Part shown: positions 16,684 to 24,675 of the stretch, piece after piece
Layout of the letters: every line of letters begins with the position of its first letter
Position numbering within the stretch: the first letter of the stretch is position 1
NCBI GenBank assembly: GCA_965279305.1
Contig: OZ257143.1
Location: forward strand, 510,001 to 542,000
DNA length: 32,000 nucleotides
Reading direction: 5' to 3'
Source: Gammaproteobacteria bacterium
GTDB lineage: Bacteria > Pseudomonadota > Gammaproteobacteria > JBIOEC01
Notes under the pieces: generated by a model
What the model saw: the letters and a program-made list of their open reading frames with translations, nothing else
What the model was told of the DNA's origin: nothing
Databases searched by the model: none
Position numbers and translations under genes: made by a program

Positions 16684-17544
16684 ATGGCACACATACTGGC
16701 CATCACTAACCAGAAAGGGGGCGTAGGAAAGACCACTACTAGCGTAAACGTGGCTGCTGCCCTGGCCAGCACTAAACGACGGGTTATGCTGATAGATCTG
16801 GATCCTCAAGGCAATGCCACCATGGGCAGCGGCGTAGATAAGCAAGAATTAACCGTAACCTTAAATGAAGTATTACTAGGCGAAGCAACAGTAGAAGAAG
16901 CCATTGTACGCACCACGACAGCCGGATATGCCCTGCTCCCCTCCAATAGCGAACTGACGACAGCGGAAGTCGCCCTATTAGATAACCCCGATCGAGAGCA
17001 AGTGCTCAAACAATATTTAGCACCTTACGATAAAGAATTTGATCATATTATTATTGACTGCCCACCTTCCCTAAACATGTTAACAGTGAATGCGTTGACG
17101 GCGGCTCACCATGTGTTAATTCCTATGCAGTGCGAATATTACGCATTGGAAGGATTGTCTTCTTTGCTACACACCATTAATCAAATGCAAGAAGTGACTA
17201 ATCCTGAATTGGGCATTTTAGGTATTTTACGAACCATGTACGATCCGCGTAACCGTTTGGCACAAGATGTGTCAGAGCAACTCGTTACTCATTTTGGCGA
17301 ACAAGTATTCGATACCATTATTCCTCGTAATGTTCGTTTAGCAGAAGCACCTAGCCATGGCTTACCTATTTTAATGTACGACAAATTATCACGCGGCACT
17401 ATCGCTTATTTGAATTTAGCGGGCGAAATTTTGCGCCGTTACAAAATTGTTTATGAAAAACCTTGTGTAAATGCCACTACAGATCTAACCTCCAATACAA
17501 CCACCAATAAAACGGCTGAACCTATGATGAGTGATATTGCATGA
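16684..17544 (+). CDS. parA: Chromosome partitioning ATPase ParA/Soj
   Basis: It has the deviant Walker A motif NQKGGVGKTTT, then DLDPQGNAT and IIIDCPPSL. A 4-nt overlap with parB follows. It carries a Thr/Asn-rich C-terminal extension of about 30 aa. Confidence 0.93.
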   Translation: MAHILAITNQKGGVGKTTTSVNVAAALASTKRRVMLIDLDPQGNATMGSGVDKQELTVTLNEVLLGEATVEEAIVRTTTAGYALLPSNSELTTAEVALLDNPDREQVLKQYLAPYDKEFDHIIIDCPPSLNMLTVNALTAAHHVLIPMQCEYYALEGLSSLLHTINQMQEVTNPELGILGILRTMYDPRNRLAQDVSEQLVTHFGEQVFDTIIPRNVRLAEAPSHGLPILMYDKLSRGTIAYLNLAGEILRRYKIVYEKPCVNATTDLTSNTTTNKTAEPMMSDIA

Positions 17545-18449
17545 CCACCAAAAAAAGCACATTAGGCCGCAACTTACAAAGCTTATTAGGGCATTCTCAA
17601 AAAGCGGCGATGAAATCTACTGGCAATACAGCCGTGGCAACGGCACCCGAAATTAGCTTAAACGCAAACGACTTAATGGTTCACCAAGTAGCAGTTGAGC
17701 AATTGCATCGTGCACCTTATCAACCTCGTCGTATTTTTGATGCTGAACGGCTTAGCGAATTAGCCGACTCTATTCGCACCCAAGGCATTATGCAGCCTTT
17801 AGTAGTACGTAAACGACCAGGTCTTACCGGTTATGAAATTATTGCTGGTGAACGTCGCTGGCGCGCCGCACAACAAGCTGAATTAGCTAAAGTACCTGTG
17901 CTTATTCGCGAAGTGGATGATCAAACGGCGATGGCATTAGCGCTCATCGAAAACGTGCAGCGTGAAGCATTAAGTCCATTAGAAGAAGCGTTTTCTATGC
18001 AACAACTGATGACAGAATATGGTTTACCTCAACAAGAACTAGCCAGCCTATTAGGAAAATCACGCACCACTATTACCAATTTATTACGTTTATTAAATTT
18101 AGAAACTGAAGTACAAAAATTATTAAACGAAAATCATATTGAAGTAGGACATGCCAAAGTATTACTGGGTTTAACAGGCGCACATCAGCGCCAAGCAGCG
18201 CACGCGGTGAAAGAACAAAAATTATCGGTACGCGCTACCGAACAATTAGTAAAAAGGATGCTTCGAGACGATAAAAAACCCGAAGCAATAAACACAAACG
18301 ATCCCGATATTGATCGCTTGCAAAAACAATTATCCGAGCAATTAAGCGCCACTGTATCGATACGACATTCACGTACCGGTAAAGGCGAGCTTGTGATTAA
18401 ATATTTTAGCTTAGATGAATTATCTGGAATATTAGGACATATAAAATAG
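17541..18449 (+). CDS. parB: Chromosome partitioning protein ParB/Spo0J
   Basis: LGRNLQSLLG at the N-terminus, the ParB box IIAGERRWRAA, and the HTH region QQELASLLGKSRTTITNLLRLL. Confidence 0.93.
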   Translation: MTTKKSTLGRNLQSLLGHSQKAAMKSTGNTAVATAPEISLNANDLMVHQVAVEQLHRAPYQPRRIFDAERLSELADSIRTQGIMQPLVVRKRPGLTGYEIIAGERRWRAAQQAELAKVPVLIREVDDQTAMALALIENVQREALSPLEEAFSMQQLMTEYGLPQQELASLLGKSRTTITNLLRLLNLETEVQKLLNENHIEVGHAKVLLGLTGAHQRQAAHAVKEQKLSVRATEQLVKRMLRDDKKPEAINTNDPDIDRLQKQLSEQLSATVSIRHSRTGKGELVIKYFSLDELSGILGHIK

Positions 18450-18450
18450 C

Positions 18451-19818
18451 ATGACAGCCACATCATCTCTCGATATTATTATTTTAGCCGCCGGTAAAGG
18501 CACTCGCATGCGCTCTACTTTACCTAAAGTATTGCATCCACTAGCCGGTCGCCCGATTTTGGCGCATGTGATTGCTACCGCTCAAGCGCTATCTCCTAGA
18601 CAAATTTACGTAGTGATTGGCCATGAAGCTAAAGAAATAGAAAAAGCCTTTCCTGATGCACACTGGAAATGGGTAGAACAAAAATCACAAGATGGCACAG
18701 GCCATGCGGTGGCTCAAGTATTACCCGCCTTAGCAAAGGAAGGTAAAACCTTAATTTTATACGGTGACGTTCCACTTATTACCATAGATACTTTAACCGA
18801 TTTAATTTATAAAACATCACCAGACTCTATTGGTGTATTAACTGCTGAAGTGGATTTTCCGGAAGGATACGGGCGCATTTTACGAAACGATCATGGTGAT
18901 TTTGTATCCGTAGTTGAGCAAGCAGACATTACACCTGAACAACAATTAATCCAAGAAATTAATACGGGTTTTTATGTGGTGCCCAATAAATATCTACATG
19001 AGTTTTTGCCTAAACTAGACAAAAACAATGCCCAAAAAGAATATTATTTGCCTACATTACTCGCATTAGCCAGCAATAAAAATATTCCTATTACTACGGT
19101 TAACACGTACGAGTTGGAAGATACCCATGGTGTTAATGATCGCCGTCAATTATTTAAAGCAGAGCGTATTATGCAAAAACGCTTGGCTATAGAGCTTGCG
19201 TATGCCGGTGTTACATTGCTAGATCCTTCTCGTTTAGATATTCGTGGTGCGCTAGCCGTAGCAGAAGATGTAACGCTAGATGTAAACGTATTAATTACCG
19301 GTAATGTCAGTATCGACTCTCATAGTTATATTGGACCTAATTGCTCTGTTAAAGATTCCCATATCGGTAAAAATGTGAAAATAAAAAGCCATTGTGTGCT
19401 TGATGGCGTAACCATTGCGGATAATTGTGAAATTGGTCCTTTTGCGCATATTCGCCCTGGCACCGTTTTAGAATCAGGCGTAAGAGTAGGAAATTTTGTG
19501 GAATTAAAAAAATCCACTTTAGGCGCTGAATCAAAAGTCAATCATTTAAGTTATATTGGTGATGCGGAAATTGGAAAAGATGTGAATATAGGCGCAGGCA
19601 CCATTACTTGCAATTATAACGGTGTAAAAAAAGAAAATACTCATATTGGTGATCATGCTTTTATTGGCTCCAACACTTCTTTAGTCGCTCCTGTAAAAAT
19701 TGGAGCAAACGCTATTATCGGTGCAGGCTCTGTGATCACTAAAGATGCACCTGCCGATCAATTAACATTATCTCGTAGCGAACAAAAAACCATCCCCAAA
19801 AAAACAAAAGAGAAATAA
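18451..19818 (+). CDS. glmU: Bifunctional UDP-N-acetylglucosamine pyrophosphorylase / GlcN-1-P acetyltransferase
   Basis: LAAGKGTRM, GTGHA, YGDVPL, left-handed beta-helix hexapeptide repeats and NIGAGTITCNY, colinear with E. coli GlmU. Confidence 0.96.
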   Translation: MTATSSLDIIILAAGKGTRMRSTLPKVLHPLAGRPILAHVIATAQALSPRQIYVVIGHEAKEIEKAFPDAHWKWVEQKSQDGTGHAVAQVLPALAKEGKTLILYGDVPLITIDTLTDLIYKTSPDSIGVLTAEVDFPEGYGRILRNDHGDFVSVVEQADITPEQQLIQEINTGFYVVPNKYLHEFLPKLDKNNAQKEYYLPTLLALASNKNIPITTVNTYELEDTHGVNDRRQLFKAERIMQKRLAIELAYAGVTLLDPSRLDIRGALAVAEDVTLDVNVLITGNVSIDSHSYIGPNCSVKDSHIGKNVKIKSHCVLDGVTIADNCEIGPFAHIRPGTVLESGVRVGNFVELKKSTLGAESKVNHLSYIGDAEIGKDVNIGAGTITCNYNGVKKENTHIGDHAFIGSNTSLVAPVKIGANAIIGAGSVITKDAPADQLTLSRSEQKTIPKKTKEK

Positions 19819-19840
19819 TTTTAAGTGGAGTAAATAGGTT

Positions 19841-21670
19841 ATGTGTGGAATAGTCGGTGCAATAGCACAACATGATGTAAAAGACGTTTTATTAACTGGT
19901 TTGCAGCGCTTAGAATACCGTGGTTATGATTCTGCCGGTATTGCTTTGTTAAGCAAGAACACTCTTCAACGCACCCGCGCTGAAGGCAAAGTACAAGGTC
20001 TTATTGACGCTTTAGCCAAAAAACCCATTACCGGCAATATGGGTATTGCTCAAACACGTTGGGCTACTCATGGTGTTCCTAGCGAACAAAATGCTCACCC
20101 ACACTTTTCTCATGATTCTGTTGCTGTCGTTCATAATGGTATTATTGAAAACTTTGCAGAACTCAAAGAAAAACTGATTAAACAAGGCTATACCTTTGTT
20201 TCTGAAACCGATACCGAAGTAGTTCCCCATTTAATTCATTATCATTTATCTATTTTGAAAGATCCTTTAAAAGCCATTCAAGCAGCCGTTAAGGAATTAA
20301 GAGGCGCCTATGGATTAGGCATTATGTTTAAAAACGAACCCGATCGTTTATGGGCAGTGCGATACAAAATTCCGTTAGTGGCAGGCATAGGCGAAGGTGA
20401 AAACTTTTTTGCTTCTGATTATTTAGCTTTACTTCCCGTCACTCAACGTTTTATTTATTTGAACGATGGCGACATTCTAGAAGTGAGCACCAAAGAAATA
20501 AAGATTGTTGATAAAACAGGAAAAGCGGTTTCTCGCCCCGAACAAACATTAACGCTTGATCAAGATCAAATGGATAAAGGCGAATATCGCTACTTTATGG
20601 AAAAAGAAATTTTTGAACAACCTAAAGCCATTGTCGATACCTTAGCCGGTCGATTAGGTGAAACTCAAGTATTACCGGGCATGTTAGGCCATCAAACCGA
20701 ACACATTATCGCGAAAGTAAAAGGCTTGCATTTTGTAGCCTGCGGAACCAGTTATCATGCCGCATTAGTGGCTAAATACTGGATAGAGCGTTTTGCACAA
20801 CTTCCCTGCTCAGTAGAAATTGCTAGTGAATATCGTTATCGCCAACCTGTTGTTCCTGCCGATACTTTATTTGTATGTATTTCACAATCCGGTGAAACCG
20901 CCGATACGTTAGCGGCTTTACGATTAGCCAAAGAACTCCCTTATTGCGGACACTTAGCCATTTGTAATGTGGCTGAAAGTACGATGGTGCGCGAATCAGA
21001 ATTAGTGATGCTAACATTAGCCGGACGTGAAATTGGTGTAGCCTCTACTAAAGCATTTACCACTCAATTAACAGCGCTTTTATTATTAATGATGTTATTG
21101 GCAAAACAACATCATATGACTCAAAAAGAAGGCGCAGAGTTTATTAATCAAATTGAAAATATTCCAGAAGAGCTGAATGAAGTGCTATTACTCGATAAAA
21201 AAATCAGCGATGTGGCAAAACAATTTAAAGATAAATATCATGCTTTATTTTTAGGCCGCGGTGCATTATTCCCTATTGCATTAGAAGGCGCACTAAAACT
21301 AAAAGAAATTTCTTATATACATGCAGAAGCTTATCCTGCGGGCGAATTAAAACATGGACCATTAGCTTTAGTCGATAAGGACATGCCGATTATCGCTATA
21401 GTATCGCACGATGAATTAACCGAAAAAATGCTTAGTAATTTACAAGAAGTGGCTGCTCGTGGCGGCCAACTCATTATTTTTGCTGATAAACGCGTGAATC
21501 TTTCATCGTTACCTAAAGCAACGGTAATTACACTGCCGCCTATTGATGGCGTAGCCGCACCTATTTTGTTTACCGTTCCTTTGCAGCTATTGGCTTATCA
21601 TGTAGCCATATTAAAAGGCACAGATGTAGATCAACCGCGCAATTTAGCAAAATCCGTTACCGTGGAATAA
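19841..21670 (+). CDS. glmS: Glutamine--fructose-6-phosphate aminotransferase
   Basis: MCGIVG N-terminal nucleophile, two SIS domains, and the C-terminal DQPRNLAKSVTVE, which is almost invariant in GlmS. Confidence 0.97.
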   Translation: MCGIVGAIAQHDVKDVLLTGLQRLEYRGYDSAGIALLSKNTLQRTRAEGKVQGLIDALAKKPITGNMGIAQTRWATHGVPSEQNAHPHFSHDSVAVVHNGIIENFAELKEKLIKQGYTFVSETDTEVVPHLIHYHLSILKDPLKAIQAAVKELRGAYGLGIMFKNEPDRLWAVRYKIPLVAGIGEGENFFASDYLALLPVTQRFIYLNDGDILEVSTKEIKIVDKTGKAVSRPEQTLTLDQDQMDKGEYRYFMEKEIFEQPKAIVDTLAGRLGETQVLPGMLGHQTEHIIAKVKGLHFVACGTSYHAALVAKYWIERFAQLPCSVEIASEYRYRQPVVPADTLFVCISQSGETADTLAALRLAKELPYCGHLAICNVAESTMVRESELVMLTLAGREIGVASTKAFTTQLTALLLLMMLLAKQHHMTQKEGAEFINQIENIPEELNEVLLLDKKISDVAKQFKDKYHALFLGRGALFPIALEGALKLKEISYIHAEAYPAGELKHGPLALVDKDMPIIAIVSHDELTEKMLSNLQEVAARGGQLIIFADKRVNLSSLPKATVITLPPIDGVAAPILFTVPLQLLAYHVAILKGTDVDQPRNLAKSVTVE

Positions 21671-21726
21671 GGTAACTAGAATAATACAAGGATTGTCCAT
21701 AGTAATATTTTAAGAGGACATTTTTT

Positions 21727-22197
21727 ATGACAACACCTTCTAACGCCCGTATAGCAGTCGCTTATTTAGGAATGGCTGTATTAGTCGCAGGATCACTTGG
21801 GTTATTATTTACTCAACATAAGGATAGAAATATATCCGGCCACCCAATCCTATTCCCAGGGGTAATGTTAAATTTTTTAGCAAGTTTGACTGAAAGTTTC
21901 TTCCCGCGTTTTATCACTGAATCATTCAAGATGTTAGGAAATGCATTTTTGGCTATAGGTTCATTGGTGATATTAAACTCCGCCATGAACAATCCAGAAG
22001 CAAACCCCCATTTACCCTACGCGATAACTGCTATCATAATAGGTGGAATGACGGCTTTTATTAATCGTGATATTTTTTCCTCACGTAGTAATGATATTGA
22101 TGAGAATACCGTACATTTTCCTCAAACCCAAAAAATTTTAGCATTACAACCCATTGCTCCACTTCCTGAAGCAATACAGTATGCGCCCGCAGCATAA
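21727..22197 (+). CDS. Small 4-TM membrane protein, paralogue 1 (156 aa), Pro/Ala-rich C-terminal tail
   Basis: AAGAGGA lies 8 nt upstream of the ATG. There are four hydrophobic segments. It is distantly but recognisably similar to paralogues 2 and 3 (ARIAVAYLGMAVLVAGSLGLL vs KKIEVVGKVLVAAGWLGLM; NNPEANPHLPYAITAIIIGG vs KQNPELPVVLCMLGIGLL). It ends ...PLPEAIQYAPAA. Confidence 0.7.
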   Translation: MTTPSNARIAVAYLGMAVLVAGSLGLLFTQHKDRNISGHPILFPGVMLNFLASLTESFFPRFITESFKMLGNAFLAIGSLVILNSAMNNPEANPHLPYAITAIIIGGMTAFINRDIFSSRSNDIDENTVHFPQTQKILALQPIAPLPEAIQYAPAA

Positions 22198-22218
22198 ATA
22201 ATAAAGAGGAGTACTTTT

Positions 22219-22641
22219 ATGACAAGATCTATTGATACCAAGAAAATTGAGGTAGTCGGCAAAGTGTTAGTGGCTGCCGGATGGCTTGGCTTAATGCAGA
22301 TGCATACTTCTCATAAGATCTCGTACCTGCTAGAGATGTATGGAGCTGCTTTATTTATTTACGGAAAGCTTTTACCCTATAGCCCGGTTGTGTCTGACTA
22401 TGCACGCACTAACCTTGCTAAAATGCTAGAGCAATCTGGAGGCGCATTACTTTCAGTAGGTTTGCCTTTCATGTTAGTATCGGCTATAACGAATTCAAAA
22501 CAAAATCCTGAACTACCCGTTGTTCTATGCATGCTGGGAATAGGATTACTCACCATATTTACAGCGAGTTCAATTGCCAAACAACAAGAACAAAAAGCAG
22601 CACTCACTGCACCTCCAGCCGCTCAGCCATCACCCGCATAA
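22219..22641 (+). CDS. Small 4-TM membrane protein, paralogue 2 (140 aa), Pro/Ala-rich C-terminal tail
   Basis: AAAGAGGAG lies upstream of the ATG. It is clearly paralogous to 22660..23091 (IDT+KI+VVGKVL+AA.WL.LM ... NPELP.VL...GLLT..TA...AK.QQQKA). It ends ...ALTAPPAAQPSPA. Confidence 0.75.
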   Translation: MTRSIDTKKIEVVGKVLVAAGWLGLMQMHTSHKISYLLEMYGAALFIYGKLLPYSPVVSDYARTNLAKMLEQSGGALLSVGLPFMLVSAITNSKQNPELPVVLCMLGIGLLTIFTASSIAKQQEQKAALTAPPAAQPSPA

Positions 22642-22659
22642 AAAAAAAGAAGTACTGTT

Positions 22660-23091
22660 ATGCCAAGTCCTATTGATACAAGAAAAATTGATGTGGTGGG
22701 GAAAGTTTTGATTGCCGCCTCATGGCTTGACTTAATGAACATAGCGCCTGATTCTTATCGAAGCGTTTCTTACTTTATTGCAGCATTTGGGGCATGTGTA
22801 TTTTTCTTAGGAAAGATTTTATCTTATACTCACCCTACTAATTACGCACCTAATCCCGTGGCCAAAACATGGGAACAAACAGGAGCTGCATTAATTTTAT
22901 TCGCACCGGCTTTTATTTCTAAACCAGCATTTGAAACCTTAAGAGAAAACCCAGAACTGCCTACGGTGCTAGCCCTTTTTGCGCTAGGATTACTCACCAT
23001 GCTAACAGCAAGATTAACTGCAAAATATCAGCAACAAAAAGCCACTCTACCACCACCACCTTATCAACATTTATTAGCTCCAGCCGCCTAA
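22660..23091 (+). CDS. Small 4-TM membrane protein, paralogue 3 (143 aa), Pro-rich C-terminal tail
   Basis: Paralogous to 22219..22641 at both protein and nucleotide level. It ends ...ATLPPPPYQHLLAPAA. Its stop codon touches the first base of the trkH-derived repeat. Confidence 0.75.
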   Translation: MPSPIDTRKIDVVGKVLIAASWLDLMNIAPDSYRSVSYFIAAFGACVFFLGKILSYTHPTNYAPNPVAKTWEQTGAALILFAPAFISKPAFETLRENPELPTVLALFALGLLTMLTARLTAKYQQQKATLPPPPYQHLLAPAA

Positions 23092-23186
23092 TGTTAACTC
23101 CGCCAGAAAGCCGGGGTGAATAAGACGAGAACGGTGAAGATTTCTAAACGACCCACTAGCATGACAAAGCAAATAATTAATTTAGC
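23091..23186. repeat. Direct repeat copy 1 (96 bp), derived from the trkH 3' end
   Basis: 91 of 96 positions are identical to 24676..24771 in my hand alignment, in the same orientation, 1585 bp apart. Confidence 0.95.
23094..23186 (-). pseudogene. trkH: Detached trkH 3'-terminal fragment (last 30 codons + stop)
   Basis: The minus strand translates to AKLIICFVMLVGRLEIFTVLVLFTPAFWRS*. The intact TrkH C-terminus is AKLIICFAMLVGRLEIFTVLVLFTPAFWRS*. There is no upstream trkH coding sequence attached. Confidence 0.9.
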
Positions 23187-24480
23187 CTGGACTTTGCTGA
23201 GCACCTGGAGGAGTGGTGGGTGGTAATGCAAGTCTTGATGTGGCTTTTGCGAATGGAGAAAGTTGGAATATAAAATCTTTTACTACATTTAAACATCTAC
23301 TCACTACCGCATAAGTGTTGCTTGCAAAAACAGTTGCTGAGTTTTTTTCTTGAGAGGTGGCGGCATCTTTAATTTTTATACCTAAATAAGGAATAGCAGC
23401 TGTAAAAAAGGTAACGATGGCCCACGTTGCAACAGCAGCTACTGTCACAGCAAAACCAATAGCAGCTAATGGTACAGCAGCGGCCACTGCGCTAGTAGCA
23501 AGCAAGGTAGTAACCACTAAGAATGCCATATACCAAGCAAAGCCTGTTACAAATTCAGTTACGAAAGTAGCGGCCAAGGTAGGATAATCCACTTTTCCTT
23601 CCCGCTGTTCTTGCCAATATAATGTTAAAGTAACACTAATCGCTTGGCAAAGCCCAATCAATATACCACCCACTAAAACGCCTAGAGGACCTCCTAGTAA
23701 AGGCATAACGACCAGAGTGGCAATATAAAAACCTATGGTCCAAAGCGCCATTCCATTAAATATTTGCCAACCCATATCAATAGCTCTTTTTCGAAATGCA
23801 CGACGTTCTGCTGGGTTTGCTTTTCTTCCTACTTTATCTTCGTAGCTCGCCAAATCCATTTGGTAACTCAGATAGGCTGTAATAGGTGCAATAATAAAAG
23901 GAAGAAATCCGGCAGCAATTTCAACTTCTTTTAAACTTTCAATATGATTAAATAAAGTAACACAAAGTGCCATCCACATAGCATCACCGGTACCAGAAGC
24001 AACAGCAGTATTAATGAGACCAGAACTGATCTTGTCGAAATCTTTTCCTATTTCTCGTTCTTTCATTAAATCGGCAGTTTCTTTATCCCAAACTCCCCAT
24101 TCATTAAAAAATGCTTTCACATCTTTATCTTGTGCATTTTTAATTTTAACCAATCCTCTCATTTCAATTCGATCAAGATGAGTATCGGCAAGTACAGCAG
24201 CATTATATTCAGCCACCGTTTTATACGTAGTGTAAACAGGTGTGTCATTCTCTTTTACTTTATCAACACATAAATAAATGACTTCTGTGCCAGGATGAGG
24301 GGCATCTGTTTCTGGAGCGGACTGGGTTTGCAATTCAACCTTACGGTCTTTATCAAGAAGAATAAACTCTAGGCCAAAGCCTAAGGTACCCCCACCATAG
24401 GTGAGTATGTTTTCTTTGAGTTGTTTTTCACTAACGCCTGGCAGCAAATCGGTTAGCCAGACTGGGTATGCACTAGGCAT
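23182..24480 (-). CDS. Orphan 432-aa polytopic membrane protein (soluble N-domain of about 150 aa, about 6-7 TM helices, Pro-rich tail)
   Basis: A long ORF with its own AT-rich upstream region containing an extended -10 (TGcTATAAT). The Ala/Val/Thr/Gly-rich hydrophobic core spans about residues 152-372. The tail reads ...LALPPTTPPGAQQSPG. The stop codon lies inside repeat copy 1. I do not recognise a family. Confidence 0.7.
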   Translation of the reverse strand: MPSAYPVWLTDLLPGVSEKQLKENILTYGGGTLGFGLEFILLDKDRKVELQTQSAPETDAPHPGTEVIYLCVDKVKENDTPVYTTYKTVAEYNAAVLADTHLDRIEMRGLVKIKNAQDKDVKAFFNEWGVWDKETADLMKEREIGKDFDKISSGLINTAVASGTGDAMWMALCVTLFNHIESLKEVEIAAGFLPFIIAPITAYLSYQMDLASYEDKVGRKANPAERRAFRKRAIDMGWQIFNGMALWTIGFYIATLVVMPLLGGPLGVLVGGILIGLCQAISVTLTLYWQEQREGKVDYPTLAATFVTEFVTGFAWYMAFLVVTTLLATSAVAAAVPLAAIGFAVTVAAVATWAIVTFFTAAIPYLGIKIKDAATSQEKNSATVFASNTYAVVSRCLNVVKDFIFQLSPFAKATSRLALPPTTPPGAQQSPG

Positions 24481-24675
24481 GTACTTCTTTTACAACCTTC
24501 TTCTTATTATTATTTATTCACGTAACTATTATAGCATTCAAATACATAAATAGATAATAACTGATTGAAATTAATAGTTTTTTGATGAAATAGAGTAAGA
24601 AGTTACAGTATATAAAAACCAAAAAAACTGTTATTACATATAGTATTTTTAAGTAGGAACCTTTCCGATGGGGTT

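Noticed and set aside
16490-18460. parS centromere sites (TGTTNCACGTGAAACA) near parAB
   Set aside because: I found only partial half-site matches elsewhere (for example GTTTCAC at about 6211 inside xseB and GTGAAAC at about 7553 inside xseA). There is no full palindrome in or around parAB in this window.
19819-19840. A glmS ribozyme upstream of glmS
   Set aside because: The glmU-glmS gap is only 22 nt, far too short for the ribozyme of about 170 nt, which is in any case characteristic of Gram-positive bacteria.
21671-21726. A Tn7 or CRISPR-associated-transposon insertion at the attTn7-equivalent site just downstream of glmS
   Set aside because: There is no TGT-terminated end and no array of about 22-bp TnsB-type repeats. 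The island has no tnsABCD/tniQ, cas or any transposase ORF. The only structure is a short 5-bp inverted repeat (TGTCC...GGACA) overlapping the paralogue-1 ribosome-binding site.
23182-24480. The 432-aa membrane protein as a diverged second Trk/Ktr-type K+ transporter subunit, given the adjacent trkH fragment
   Set aside because: It has no repeated M1-P-M2 pore-loop motifs (no TTTG/GGS-type selectivity sequences). The only trkH-related sequence is the 96-bp repeat outside its coding body, and that is read in a different frame.
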